Under the pieces are notes generated by a model. It saw nothing but the letters and a program-made list of their open reading frames with translations, made no database searches and was not told the DNA's origin. A program made the position numbers and the translations under genes. Below, piece by piece: positions 16,705 through 24,340 of a DNA stretch of 25,198 nucleotides. Position 1 is the first letter of the stretch; every line of letters starts with the position of its first letter. Origin of the DNA: a bacterium (lineage in GTDB: Bacteria; Sumerlaeota; Sumerlaeia; UBA8349); NCBI GenBank assembly GCA_013203855.1, contig JABMPG010000473.1:1-25198 (forward strand), in the 5' to 3' direction.

Positions 16705-17169
16705 CTATCGCCTTGACAGGGCTTCCTCACTGTCGAGCCAGATCGTCACCGGACCGTCGTTGACCAGTTCGACATTCATAAGGGCGCCGAACTCACCCGT
16801 CTGAACCGCGAGGCCGTATCGGGCAAGGGCCTGGATGAAAGCGTCGAACATTTTACCCGCCCGGTCGGGCTCATCGGCGTGGGAAAAACTGGGACGGCGA
16901 CCCTTGCGGCAGTCGGCGTAGAGGGTGAACTGGGAGACGGCGAGAAGCCCGACCCCTTCGTCGAGGGCCGACCGGTCGAAATGACTGTCGCCTCCAGGGC
17001 CGGGGAAAATTCGGAGATTAACGATTTTTTTCGCCATGGGGGCGAGAATTTCGGGCGTGTCGTCGCGGCCGATGCCGGTAAGGAGGAGCAGGCCCCGGCC
17101 GATGGCGCCCACCTCGCACCCTTCGACCCGGACGCTGGCTCGGGAGACTCGCTGGATGAGAACGCGCAC
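16705..17169 (-). CDS. dtd: D-aminoacyl-tRNA deacylase, 154 aa
   Basis: (M)RVLIQRVSRASV.VEG, NLRIF, VSQFTLYADCRKGRRPSF, GEFGA.MNVELVNDGPVT; GTG 17169 with AGGAG SD. Confidence 0.96.
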   Translation of the reverse strand: MRVLIQRVSRASVRVEGCEVGAIGRGLLLLTGIGRDDTPEILAPMAKKIVNLRIFPGPGGDSHFDRSALDEGVGLLAVSQFTLYADCRKGRRPSFSHADEPDRAGKMFDAFIQALARYGLAVQTGEFGALMNVELVNDGPVTIWLDSEEALSRR

Positions 17170-17329
17170 GAACTGTCTCCTTTCGTTTATCCCCCCGCTG
17201 TTCTCTGCCGATACTTCCTTCAAGGCGCTTCGGGCATTTGGCAGGAAGCGTCTGGAATCGTCATATCCCATTGAGGGGCAGCATAGCAGGACCGGGAAAT
17301 GCCCGCAAGGTCCCCAAGAGGAGACGGAG

Positions 17330-18262
17330 ATGCCGGAACTCATCATCACGCTCAACGGGGAAGAAATCGGCCATCACAGCTTCAGCGGCGGAGAGGTCAG
17401 CATCGGCCGGGGCGATGGCAGCGACATCCTTCTGGAAAACCTCAGCGTGTCCCGCCGTCACGCCCGGATTTCGATCGAAGACGGCCGCTATTTCCTCACC
17501 GACCTGGAAAGCGCCAACGGCACTTACGTTAACGCCACGCGCGTCACCCGTGCTCAGATCTTCCACGATGACCGAATTATCGTCGGAAAGCATGTTCTCG
17601 TTTTTCAAGAGCCCCAGGCCCAACCCGCCGACTTCGATCCCGAAGGCGCCCGGACGATCCTCGTGATGCCGCCCTCCTCGGGCCCCTGCCTGGGCGTCGA
17701 ATCCACGGGTTTCAGCAAGGAGCCAGCGCCCCTGCGGCCAGGAGTTACGCTGATCGGACGGGGCGAGGACTGCCATATCCGCCTGTCCGACTGGTTCGTG
17801 GAGATGCATCAGGCCGAGATCGAGCGCTCCGGAGACACATTTATCCTGAGGGATATCTCGCCTCGGAGCACCACCTATGTGAATGGCGAGCCCGTGGTGG
17901 AGCACGTTCTGTGGGACGGGGACGTGATCGACATGGGAGTGAGCCGGCTGGTCTTTCTGGCCGAGGCCGGGGAGACGGCCGATGACGATCTCCTTTTCAA
18001 ACCGTCCGCCGCGAAAGAGAAGACAGACCCGGAGGCCGAACAGGAATCCGAGAGAATCGGGATGACAGACGAACTGGCCGAGGTTCTGGCTCTGGAAGGG
18101 GCGGCCAAGGCGCTTCCAGATGAGGAACCGGATCTGGGTGAGTCGCTAGACTCGTCCGCCTCACCGGAAGAAGTGGTTGCGTCCGGGGAATGGCATGAGT
18201 TAGAAGGAGAGCAGCGGGAGCCCGCTTCGGACGAGTCCCGGGAACAGGAATCCTCCCAATAG
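17330..18262 (+). CDS. Tandem FHA-domain protein with an acidic tail (310 aa to the TAG; probably 367 aa to 18433 if the amber is read through or spurious)
   Basis: FHA1: IGRG..SDI.L....VSRRHA...DLESANGTYVN. FHA2: IGRG..C.I.L....RDI......TYVNG. GAGGAG SD before ATG 17330. Confidence 0.85.
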   Translation: MPELIITLNGEEIGHHSFSGGEVSIGRGDGSDILLENLSVSRRHARISIEDGRYFLTDLESANGTYVNATRVTRAQIFHDDRIIVGKHVLVFQEPQAQPADFDPEGARTILVMPPSSGPCLGVESTGFSKEPAPLRPGVTLIGRGEDCHIRLSDWFVEMHQAEIERSGDTFILRDISPRSTTYVNGEPVVEHVLWDGDVIDMGVSRLVFLAEAGETADDDLLFKPSAAKEKTDPEAEQESERIGMTDELAEVLALEGAAKALPDEEPDLGESLDSSASPEEVVASGEWHELEGEQREPASDESREQESSQ

Positions 18263-18422
18263 CACGATGAAGACGACGAGAGAGAGACGGTTCTGGTGGG
18301 AGCCGGGCCCGAGCCGGCATCGGACGGCCAGTTGGCCTTCTGGCGGAAGGCGCTGGGGAATCCGAGCGAGGCCGTGCGCAAGCAGGCGGCGCTCCGCTTG
18401 AAGAGTCTCACAGGAATAGACT

Positions 18423-19166
18423 ATGAGTATTGATTCTCCCGGAAGGTTCGCGGTCTTTTCCGATATACACGGAAATCGTCCCGCGCTGCAGGCCTTCCTT
18501 GAGGATGTGGCGTCCGAGCAGATCGTCCGGATCTTCTGCTGTGGCGATATCGTGGGTTACGGCGCTCACCCCAACCAGTGTTGCGATTTGATCCGGAAAG
18601 CCGGCATCCCGGTGGTCCGGGGAAATCACGACCAGGTGGCTGTCACGCTCGAAAACCTGAATGCCTTCAATGACATCGCCGCTCGCGCCATCTCCTGGAC
18701 CCATGATCGGCTTACGCCCGAGAATCGCGAGTTTCTCGAGGGCCTTCCCTACCTGATGAAGGAAGGGGATTTCACCTTTGTCCACAGCTCCCCGCGCGAC
18801 CCGCGGAAGTGGGACTATGTCCTGACCCGCACGGAGGCGATGAAGAGCTTCGACGCCTTCGATACGTGGCTCTGCTTTATCGGCCATTCCCATCAGCCTT
18901 TCGCAGTCGATGAAACCGGGCGGGATGTCGCCTCGCCGGATCTGGAAGAGATCGAGCTGAGCCGGGACCGGCGCTACCTGATCAACGTGGGAAGCGTGGG
19001 GCAGCCCCGCGACCGCAACGCCCAACTCTGCTATGCAACCATCGACCCCGGCCAGAACGTCCTCCGTTTTCACCGTCTCTCCTATCCCGTCGAAGAAGCG
19101 CAGCAGGCTATCCTGGAGGCCGGTCTGCCGCCCCAGCTGGCCGAGCGCCTCACCCTGGGCTGGTGA
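18423..19166 (+). CDS. Calcineurin-like metallophosphoesterase
   Basis: SDIHGN, CGDIVGYG, RGNHD, FVHSSP, GHSH and INVGSVGQPRD motifs. Confidence 0.9.
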   Translation: MSIDSPGRFAVFSDIHGNRPALQAFLEDVASEQIVRIFCCGDIVGYGAHPNQCCDLIRKAGIPVVRGNHDQVAVTLENLNAFNDIAARAISWTHDRLTPENREFLEGLPYLMKEGDFTFVHSSPRDPRKWDYVLTRTEAMKSFDAFDTWLCFIGHSHQPFAVDETGRDVASPDLEEIELSRDRRYLINVGSVGQPRDRNAQLCYATIDPGQNVLRFHRLSYPVEEAQQAILEAGLPPQLAERLTLGW

Positions 19167-20170
19167 TGATCGTCACTGTCACACTCAATCCCTGCATCGA
19201 CCTGAACCTCCTGGTGGAAGGTTTTTCCTTCTCCGAGCCGCTGCTCGCACTCGAAGAACGAAAACGAGCCGGCGGGAAGGGCATCAACGTCTCCGTCGTC
19301 CTGGCCCTCCTCGGAATCGAATCCACTGCGGTGGCGCCGCTGGGCGGCCCGGCGGGAGAGGAATTCCGGGAACTGTCCCGACTCTGGCCCGACGAGGGCC
19401 GGGTCCGGCTCGAACCCATCCCGACCGAGGCCCCTACCCGTACCAACACGGTAATCTCCGCTCGCGAGGATGGCCGGCACCTGAAGGTGAATCAGAAGGG
19501 CGGCGCGATCTCCGGAACGGAACTGGATCGGGTCCGGGAAAAACTGAGAGATCTTCTGAAACCCGAAGACGCGCTGATCCTCGCGGGAAGCCTCCCCCCA
19601 GGCATCCCGCCTTCCTTCTATGCCGAGCTCGTTCAGGAGTTCCGCGAAAGGGACTGCTATGTGGCGCTCGACGCGGACCGCGAACCCCTACGGGAAGCCG
19701 CCCTGGCAGGCCCGGACCTTCTAAAGCCGAACCGGCAGGAACTGGGGCGGCTGGCGGGCCGGCCGATTTCGCCGGATGAAGTCGTGCGGACGGCACGGGA
19801 ATCCCTGAAAGAGGACAGGTCCCTCTGCATGGTCAGCGATGGGGCCGGGGTGGCCCAGCTAGTTTCGCCAAACAATGCCCTGTATTGCCAACCCCCGCGG
19901 GCCGATGGATCGCCCACCGGGGCGGGAGACGCAGCCTTGGCCGGCCTGCTCGCGGGTCTGATGGGCTGGGATTGGCCGGATGAGAAAGGGATCGATCGCA
20001 ATCTGCAATCCCGCGATCTCCAAGAATCCGCCCGCGACCCGAAACGTCTCGCCGCTGCCTTCCGTCTCGCCATCGCCTGTGGCAGCGCCGCCGCCTCGAC
20101 ACCCGACACGGAATATTTCACGCGGGACATCCTGAGGACGTACTGGGAACGGGTCGAAACACAGGCCTGA
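19163..20170 (+). CDS. PfkB-family kinase, 1-phosphofructokinase/hexose-phosphate kinase type
   Basis: IVTVTLNPCID, AGGKGINVS, TRTN, LAGSLPPG, LKPNRQEL, TGAGDA; ATGA overlap with the phosphoesterase. Confidence 0.88.
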   Translation: MMIVTVTLNPCIDLNLLVEGFSFSEPLLALEERKRAGGKGINVSVVLALLGIESTAVAPLGGPAGEEFRELSRLWPDEGRVRLEPIPTEAPTRTNTVISAREDGRHLKVNQKGGAISGTELDRVREKLRDLLKPEDALILAGSLPPGIPPSFYAELVQEFRERDCYVALDADREPLREAALAGPDLLKPNRQELGRLAGRPISPDEVVRTARESLKEDRSLCMVSDGAGVAQLVSPNNALYCQPPRADGSPTGAGDAALAGLLAGLMGWDWPDEKGIDRNLQSRDLQESARDPKRLAAAFRLAIACGSAAASTPDTEYFTRDILRTYWERVETQA

Positions 20171-20192
20171 AACCCTCAGCCGTGCTTCCTGT

Positions 20193-20318
20193 TCATGGAT
20201 ATGATGACACACCGCGACCTGACCGGAAATTCCTCCTGCAAGGGTCCGCCTCCAGAAAGTCAATCAGAACACAAGCATCGACAAGCATCGATGCAGGCGT
20301 CGGACCGCGCCCCTTCAC
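20193..20318 (-). pseudogene. Truncated PIN-domain (VapC-like) gene remnant
   Basis: GTG overlaps the XRE-ImmA stop (GTGA). The frame reads ...MLVDACVLIDFLEAD, the typical PIN first strand and helix (hhhDxxhhh), then loses resemblance and stops after 41 codons. Confidence 0.6.
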
Positions 20319-21427
20319 AGAATCGCCTCCCAACTGGATAGGAGTTCCCGCATCTCTCCGACACCGATACGGAGGATTTCGGCCCCTCGCCCTAAAGAGA
20401 TCTTTCCCTCCTCGACCGCCCTGCGGGTCAGACGACTGAACCGGTCCTCGTAGAAATCGAAGCGATGAATTCCGAATGGTTCGGCGGGCTCCAAGCCCAT
20501 CGGCTCTTCCTTGAAAGGAAGTTTCCGCCTGAAGCGTTTCTGGTACGCAGTGTTGAACTTCGCCCAGATGGACTTGTCCACAATCTCGTGTTCCAGAAGA
20601 CGCGCCAGGACAGTCTTATAGCTGACTCGAAAGATGCGCTTCACTTTGAACACCCGATCCACCCCATGCAGCCCGGCCGCCTCATTCCATTCCTTCCAGA
20701 ACCCGGATTCGGGCATTAGAAAATGACCGGCGAAAAAGTTGGCCTCCGCTTCCTCCTGCTCGTTTTCCTCGGACTGGCGAACGTCGTAGGCGTTGGGATG
20801 GAGCACAAGATGGCCGAGTTCGTGGGCGGCGCTGAAGATCTGTCTCTCCACTGAGATTCGTTCATACACATTTACGACGACAGCGGGCCCCCCATCTTCC
20901 TCCCCCAGAGACAAGCCGAAAAACCCGTCCGAGGCAGTCGAAAGGGGAAGAACCTTGATCCCGGCGTGCTCAAGCAAGCCGCAGGCATCGTGAATCGGCT
21001 CGGTCTCGCTCCGGCCGAGAGATTTGCGGCAAAAGTGAGCGGACTCCGCTAGATTCACACGCGAGCAACGGCTACGCACTCCCTTCAACTTGAATGAAAT
21101 CCGTGCTTCCAGGAGACCCTCAAGAGCATTGAAATCCTCGAGCCACCTGGAAACGTCCGCCAGAATGTTTTCGCGAGTCTGCATACGCCGGCTGGAACGG
21201 AAACGGACAGTCTTGAGTTCCCGCACGGGCGCGAACAGGTCCTTCAGGGGGACTTCAAGCGCGCCCGCTATGGATTGAACGGTGGCCATGCGGGGCTCGC
21301 ACTTCTGATTCTCCAGGTTCTTGACTGAGGGCAGGGAAATCCCAGCGGCCTCTGCGAGCGCCTTCTGGCTCAGTTTCTTCGAGGTCCTCGCCCGGCGCAC
21401 ATTCTGCGCGAGAGTATTCAGATTCAT
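20315..21427 (-). CDS. XRE-family HTH regulator fused to an ImmA/IrrE (peptidase M78) domain, 370 aa
   Basis: N-terminal HTH (LSQKALAEAAGISLPSVKNLEN...PRMATVQSIAGALEV); FSAAHELGHLVLH (HExxH); EAEANFFAGHFLMP; GAGGA SD. Confidence 0.93.
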   Translation of the reverse strand: MNLNTLAQNVRRARTSKKLSQKALAEAAGISLPSVKNLENQKCEPRMATVQSIAGALEVPLKDLFAPVRELKTVRFRSSRRMQTRENILADVSRWLEDFNALEGLLEARISFKLKGVRSRCSRVNLAESAHFCRKSLGRSETEPIHDACGLLEHAGIKVLPLSTASDGFFGLSLGEEDGGPAVVVNVYERISVERQIFSAAHELGHLVLHPNAYDVRQSEENEQEEAEANFFAGHFLMPESGFWKEWNEAAGLHGVDRVFKVKRIFRVSYKTVLARLLEHEIVDKSIWAKFNTAYQKRFRRKLPFKEEPMGLEPAEPFGIHRFDFYEDRFSRLTRRAVEEGKISLGRGAEILRIGVGEMRELLSSWEAIL

Positions 21428-21455
21428 AGCAGTTCCTCTCTTCCTCAGATCCATA

Positions 21456-21483
21456 AATATACCATCCAACAAATTACTGTCAA
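21456..21483 (-). promoter_or_regulatory. Sigma70-type promoter of the XRE-ImmA gene
   Basis: TTGACA-N16-TATATT with TG-n extended -10 in an AT-rich patch. Confidence 0.7.
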
Positions 21484-21504
21484 TTGGTTTTTCGCGACTC
21501 TTCC

Positions 21505-21533
21505 TTGTCCTTCCCCTCCCTTTCCGTTACACT
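21505..21533 (+). promoter_or_regulatory. Sigma70-type promoter of proS
   Basis: TTGTCC-N17-TACACT, divergent from the XRE promoter. Confidence 0.55.
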
Positions 21534-21597
21534 GACCCGATTTTTCATCTGCCGGAGCGGACACTTCACACCCGGGCGGACTAAAGGAGATGGAACG

Positions 21598-23346
21598 ATG
21601 CGGATGCGGACTTTGGTGGGCAGGCGGTACAAAGAGCGACCGGCGGAGGCGACGCTGGACAGCCATTCTCTGCTCTTGCGCGGGGCCTATGCCCGGCAAG
21701 TGGCCAATGGGATTTACTCGCTACTGCACCCGGGATATCGGGTCGTGCGGAAGATAGAGGCTATCATCCGCGATGAGATGGACCGCGTGGGCGGACAGGA
21801 AGTCCTCATGCCGGTCGTGTTGCCCCGCGAACTCTGGGAGGAAACGGGCCGCTATCAGGCCGTCGGCTCCGAACTCCTGCGTTTCAAGGACCGCACCGAT
21901 CACGACATGGTTCTGGCCATGACCCACGAGGAGGGCGTCGTCCACCTCGCTCGTCACGAGGCTGGCAGCTATAAGCAGTACCCCTTCATGATCTACCAGA
22001 TCCAAACCAAGTTTCGCGACGAACCGCGCTCGCGGGGTGGTCTGATCCGGGTACGCGAGTTCACTATGAAAGACGCCTACTCTTTCCACCGCACCGCCGA
22101 GGACTTGGACGATTACTACCGCGAATGCGCCATCGCCTATCACCGCATTTTCGCCCGGGCCGGCATTCCGGAGACGGCCGTGGTGCGCTCCGACTCGGGC
22201 ATGATGGGCGGCAAGATCGCCCACGAGTTCATGCTCCTGACCGACTGCGGCGAGGACAGCATCCTCAAGTGCGACACCTGTCGATACATCGCCAACGCCG
22301 AAGTAGCCGAGGGCCGCATTCCGGCTTTCCCGGAAGATCCGAAGGAACTTGAGAAGATTCACACGCCCGGCAAGAAGACCATCGAGGACGTGACAGCCTT
22401 CCTGAGCGTTCCCCTGCACCAGGCGGCCAAGGTCGTCTTCTACGAGTCGGACAGCGAGGGCCGCCCCGTGATGGCCCTGATCCGTGGCGACCTCGAGGTC
22501 AACGAATCCAAACTCGCCCGCCTCGTCCAGCGCCAGCCCGTTCCCGCTGAGGAAGCCACCATCCGCAAGACCGGCGCCGTCCCAGGCTATGCCTCGCCCA
22601 TGGGCGCCCGCGACCTGCGCGTGATCGCCGATCCGACCGTCGGCGAGTCGAACAACCTCGTCACCGGCGCGAACGAGGACGACTATCACTACCGCAATTT
22701 CAATCTCGACCGCGACTGCCCGGATGTTGAAATCGCCGACATCGCAACCTTGCGCGAGGGCGACGGCTGCCCCCGCTGCAAGGGCGCCCTGCAGATGCGG
22801 CGCGGCATCGAGGTCGGCAACATCTTTCAGCTCGGCACGAGGTACACCGAGTCGATGGGGATGAGTTACCTCGACGAAAACGGCCAGGCCCATACCCCCA
22901 TCATGGGGTGCTACGGCATCGGCGTCGGCCGCATGATGAGTTCCGTCATGGAAGCCCGCCACGACAAGTTCGGCCCGATCTGGCCCATCTCGATCGCGCC
23001 GTGGGAAGTCCACATTAACGCCATCAAGCCCGGCGAAGGCGGCGTGGGCGAAGTGGCCGGCAAACTCTACGACGACCTGCGCGAGGCCGGCCTGGAGGTC
23101 ATCTTCGACGACCGCGACGAGCGCCCCGGCGTTCAGTTCGCCGACGCCGATCTCCTCGGTGTGCCGTTGCGGTTCATCGTCGGGGCTAAGTCGCTGGCCA
23201 ATGGCAACGTCGAGTGGAAGATTCGCGGCACGGACGAAAAAGGCGAGGTGCCGGTCGAAGAAGCGGCCCACTTCGCGCGGAAATGGGTAGACCAGGCCTA
23301 CGCTGAAATCCGCGCCCAGGCCAATGCCAAAACCGAGCCGTTCTAG
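21598..23346 (+). CDS. proS: Proline--tRNA ligase, bacterial type with INS editing domain, 582 aa
   Basis: YQIQTKFRDEPRSRGGLIRVREFTMKDAYSFH, GIEVGNIFQLGT.Y, MGCYGIGVGR, FADADLLGVP; AAAGGAG SD before ATG 21598. Confidence 0.97.
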   Translation: MRMRTLVGRRYKERPAEATLDSHSLLLRGAYARQVANGIYSLLHPGYRVVRKIEAIIRDEMDRVGGQEVLMPVVLPRELWEETGRYQAVGSELLRFKDRTDHDMVLAMTHEEGVVHLARHEAGSYKQYPFMIYQIQTKFRDEPRSRGGLIRVREFTMKDAYSFHRTAEDLDDYYRECAIAYHRIFARAGIPETAVVRSDSGMMGGKIAHEFMLLTDCGEDSILKCDTCRYIANAEVAEGRIPAFPEDPKELEKIHTPGKKTIEDVTAFLSVPLHQAAKVVFYESDSEGRPVMALIRGDLEVNESKLARLVQRQPVPAEEATIRKTGAVPGYASPMGARDLRVIADPTVGESNNLVTGANEDDYHYRNFNLDRDCPDVEIADIATLREGDGCPRCKGALQMRRGIEVGNIFQLGTRYTESMGMSYLDENGQAHTPIMGCYGIGVGRMMSSVMEARHDKFGPIWPISIAPWEVHINAIKPGEGGVGEVAGKLYDDLREAGLEVIFDDRDERPGVQFADADLLGVPLRFIVGAKSLANGNVEWKIRGTDEKGEVPVEEAAHFARKWVDQAYAEIRAQANAKTEPF

Positions 23347-23555
23347 CCAATCTTCGGCAATTCAGAGGCGATGTTTCTCCAATTCCTCGGGTTTTTCGAT
23401 TTGTGAAGCGGAAGTCGCTACTACACGGCTTTCCCCAAACGTCTGCGCTACAAACACTCGACTTGCCAGCCCACACGATACCCAAAGCGCTCGGGAAAGA
23501 GGCCCTGCTGCGGAAGACGACCTAACGGCTGGCCGACGATAGATCCGGAAATCGG

Positions 23556-23591
23556 AACCGCCGGGGGCAATCGCGCCCTCGGCGGTTTTTT
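23556..23591 (+). terminator. Intrinsic terminator downstream of proS
   Basis: AACCGCCGGGGGC-AATCGC-GCCCTCGGCGGTT followed by TTTT; about 210 nt after the proS stop. Confidence 0.8.
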
Positions 23592-23626
23592 CTATACCGA
23601 AGTTCGGAAAAAAAGTTCGATTGGCC

Positions 23627-24141
23627 TCAGAAAAGGTCGCCTGCGCTCAGGGTCCCGTTCGTCGGGTCATACTTCACATCGCCGTTCTCATTCGTTCTGT
23701 CCGGCCCGACGCCCCATAGGCGATAGAGTTCGAGACCGATGGCCAGTCGGGCCTTGCGGAGACGTTCCTCGGGACAGATTATGGTTCGAATCAGCGCGGT
23801 GCCCATGTAGTCAAAATGTCTCCGGACCAGAAACTGTCTTCCCTTCAGTCGCCGATCGATCTCGCGAATAAATGTGTCCATGTCAACCTGACACCAGAGA
23901 TTGTCTGTCTCTTCCAGAATGAAATGCTCGATATCATCGAGGTCCGTCGGGGCTCCGTCCAACCCGCGCAAAGCGCTCCACCGCATCCCTCTGCTGAGGA
24001 GGAATCCATCCCAGATTTCCTTCCGGAAGCAAAGCAGGTCCTTGACCGCGTGCCGCCCCATACGACCAGCAGCAGGACCATCAGCGCCAGTCCGAGCTCC
24101 ACCAATCGTACCCAATAAAGAACGGAGCGTTTTTCGTTCAA
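23627..24141 (-). pseudogene. Pilin/GspG-like membrane-anchored protein split by a 1-nt frameshift (171 aa if restored)
   Basis: One frame gives MNEKRSVLYWVRLVELGLALMVLLLVVW, and the adjacent frame continues GRHAVKDLL... to WGVGPD...YDPTNGTLSAGDLF. Coding-type codon bias switches frame at the G4 run (plus-strand C4, 24056-24059). Confidence 0.6.
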
Positions 24142-24340
24142 GACAGGACCTTTCGATCCATCATGTTCTGAAAACTTCCAGATCCGGTGTCAGAAAACGG
24201 TATCAGAATGACCGGCGAGGGCGATGGTCCCACATTTCAGAGTTCGCCATCCGGTCGACGAGAATCCTGCCCGGTCCGGCTATCCGTTCCCAAGTCCCGG
24301 CCTTTTCCCTTCTTCAATTCTTCCCTTCCCCACTTCTCCC

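Noticed and set aside
20271-20290. Perfect 10-bp tandem repeat ACAAGCATCG x2
   Set aside because: It falls inside the PIN-like ATG CTT GTC GAT GCT TGT codons and does not flank the islet, so it is not a target-site duplication.
7249-23346. Genome-wide TAG reassignment as the explanation for the FHA amber
   Set aside because: rpmE, dctP, dtd, the MBL gene and proS end in TAG at expected C-termini with no coding-like continuation.
23783-23792. GGTTCGAATC, a tRNA T-loop-like sequence
   Set aside because: It lies within a coding region with no acceptor, D or anticodon arms around it.
24301-24340. Pyrimidine-rich tract (purine-rich on the minus strand) after the ETF-QO stop
   Set aside because: No hairpin, repeat unit or promoter pattern; treated as low-complexity spacer.
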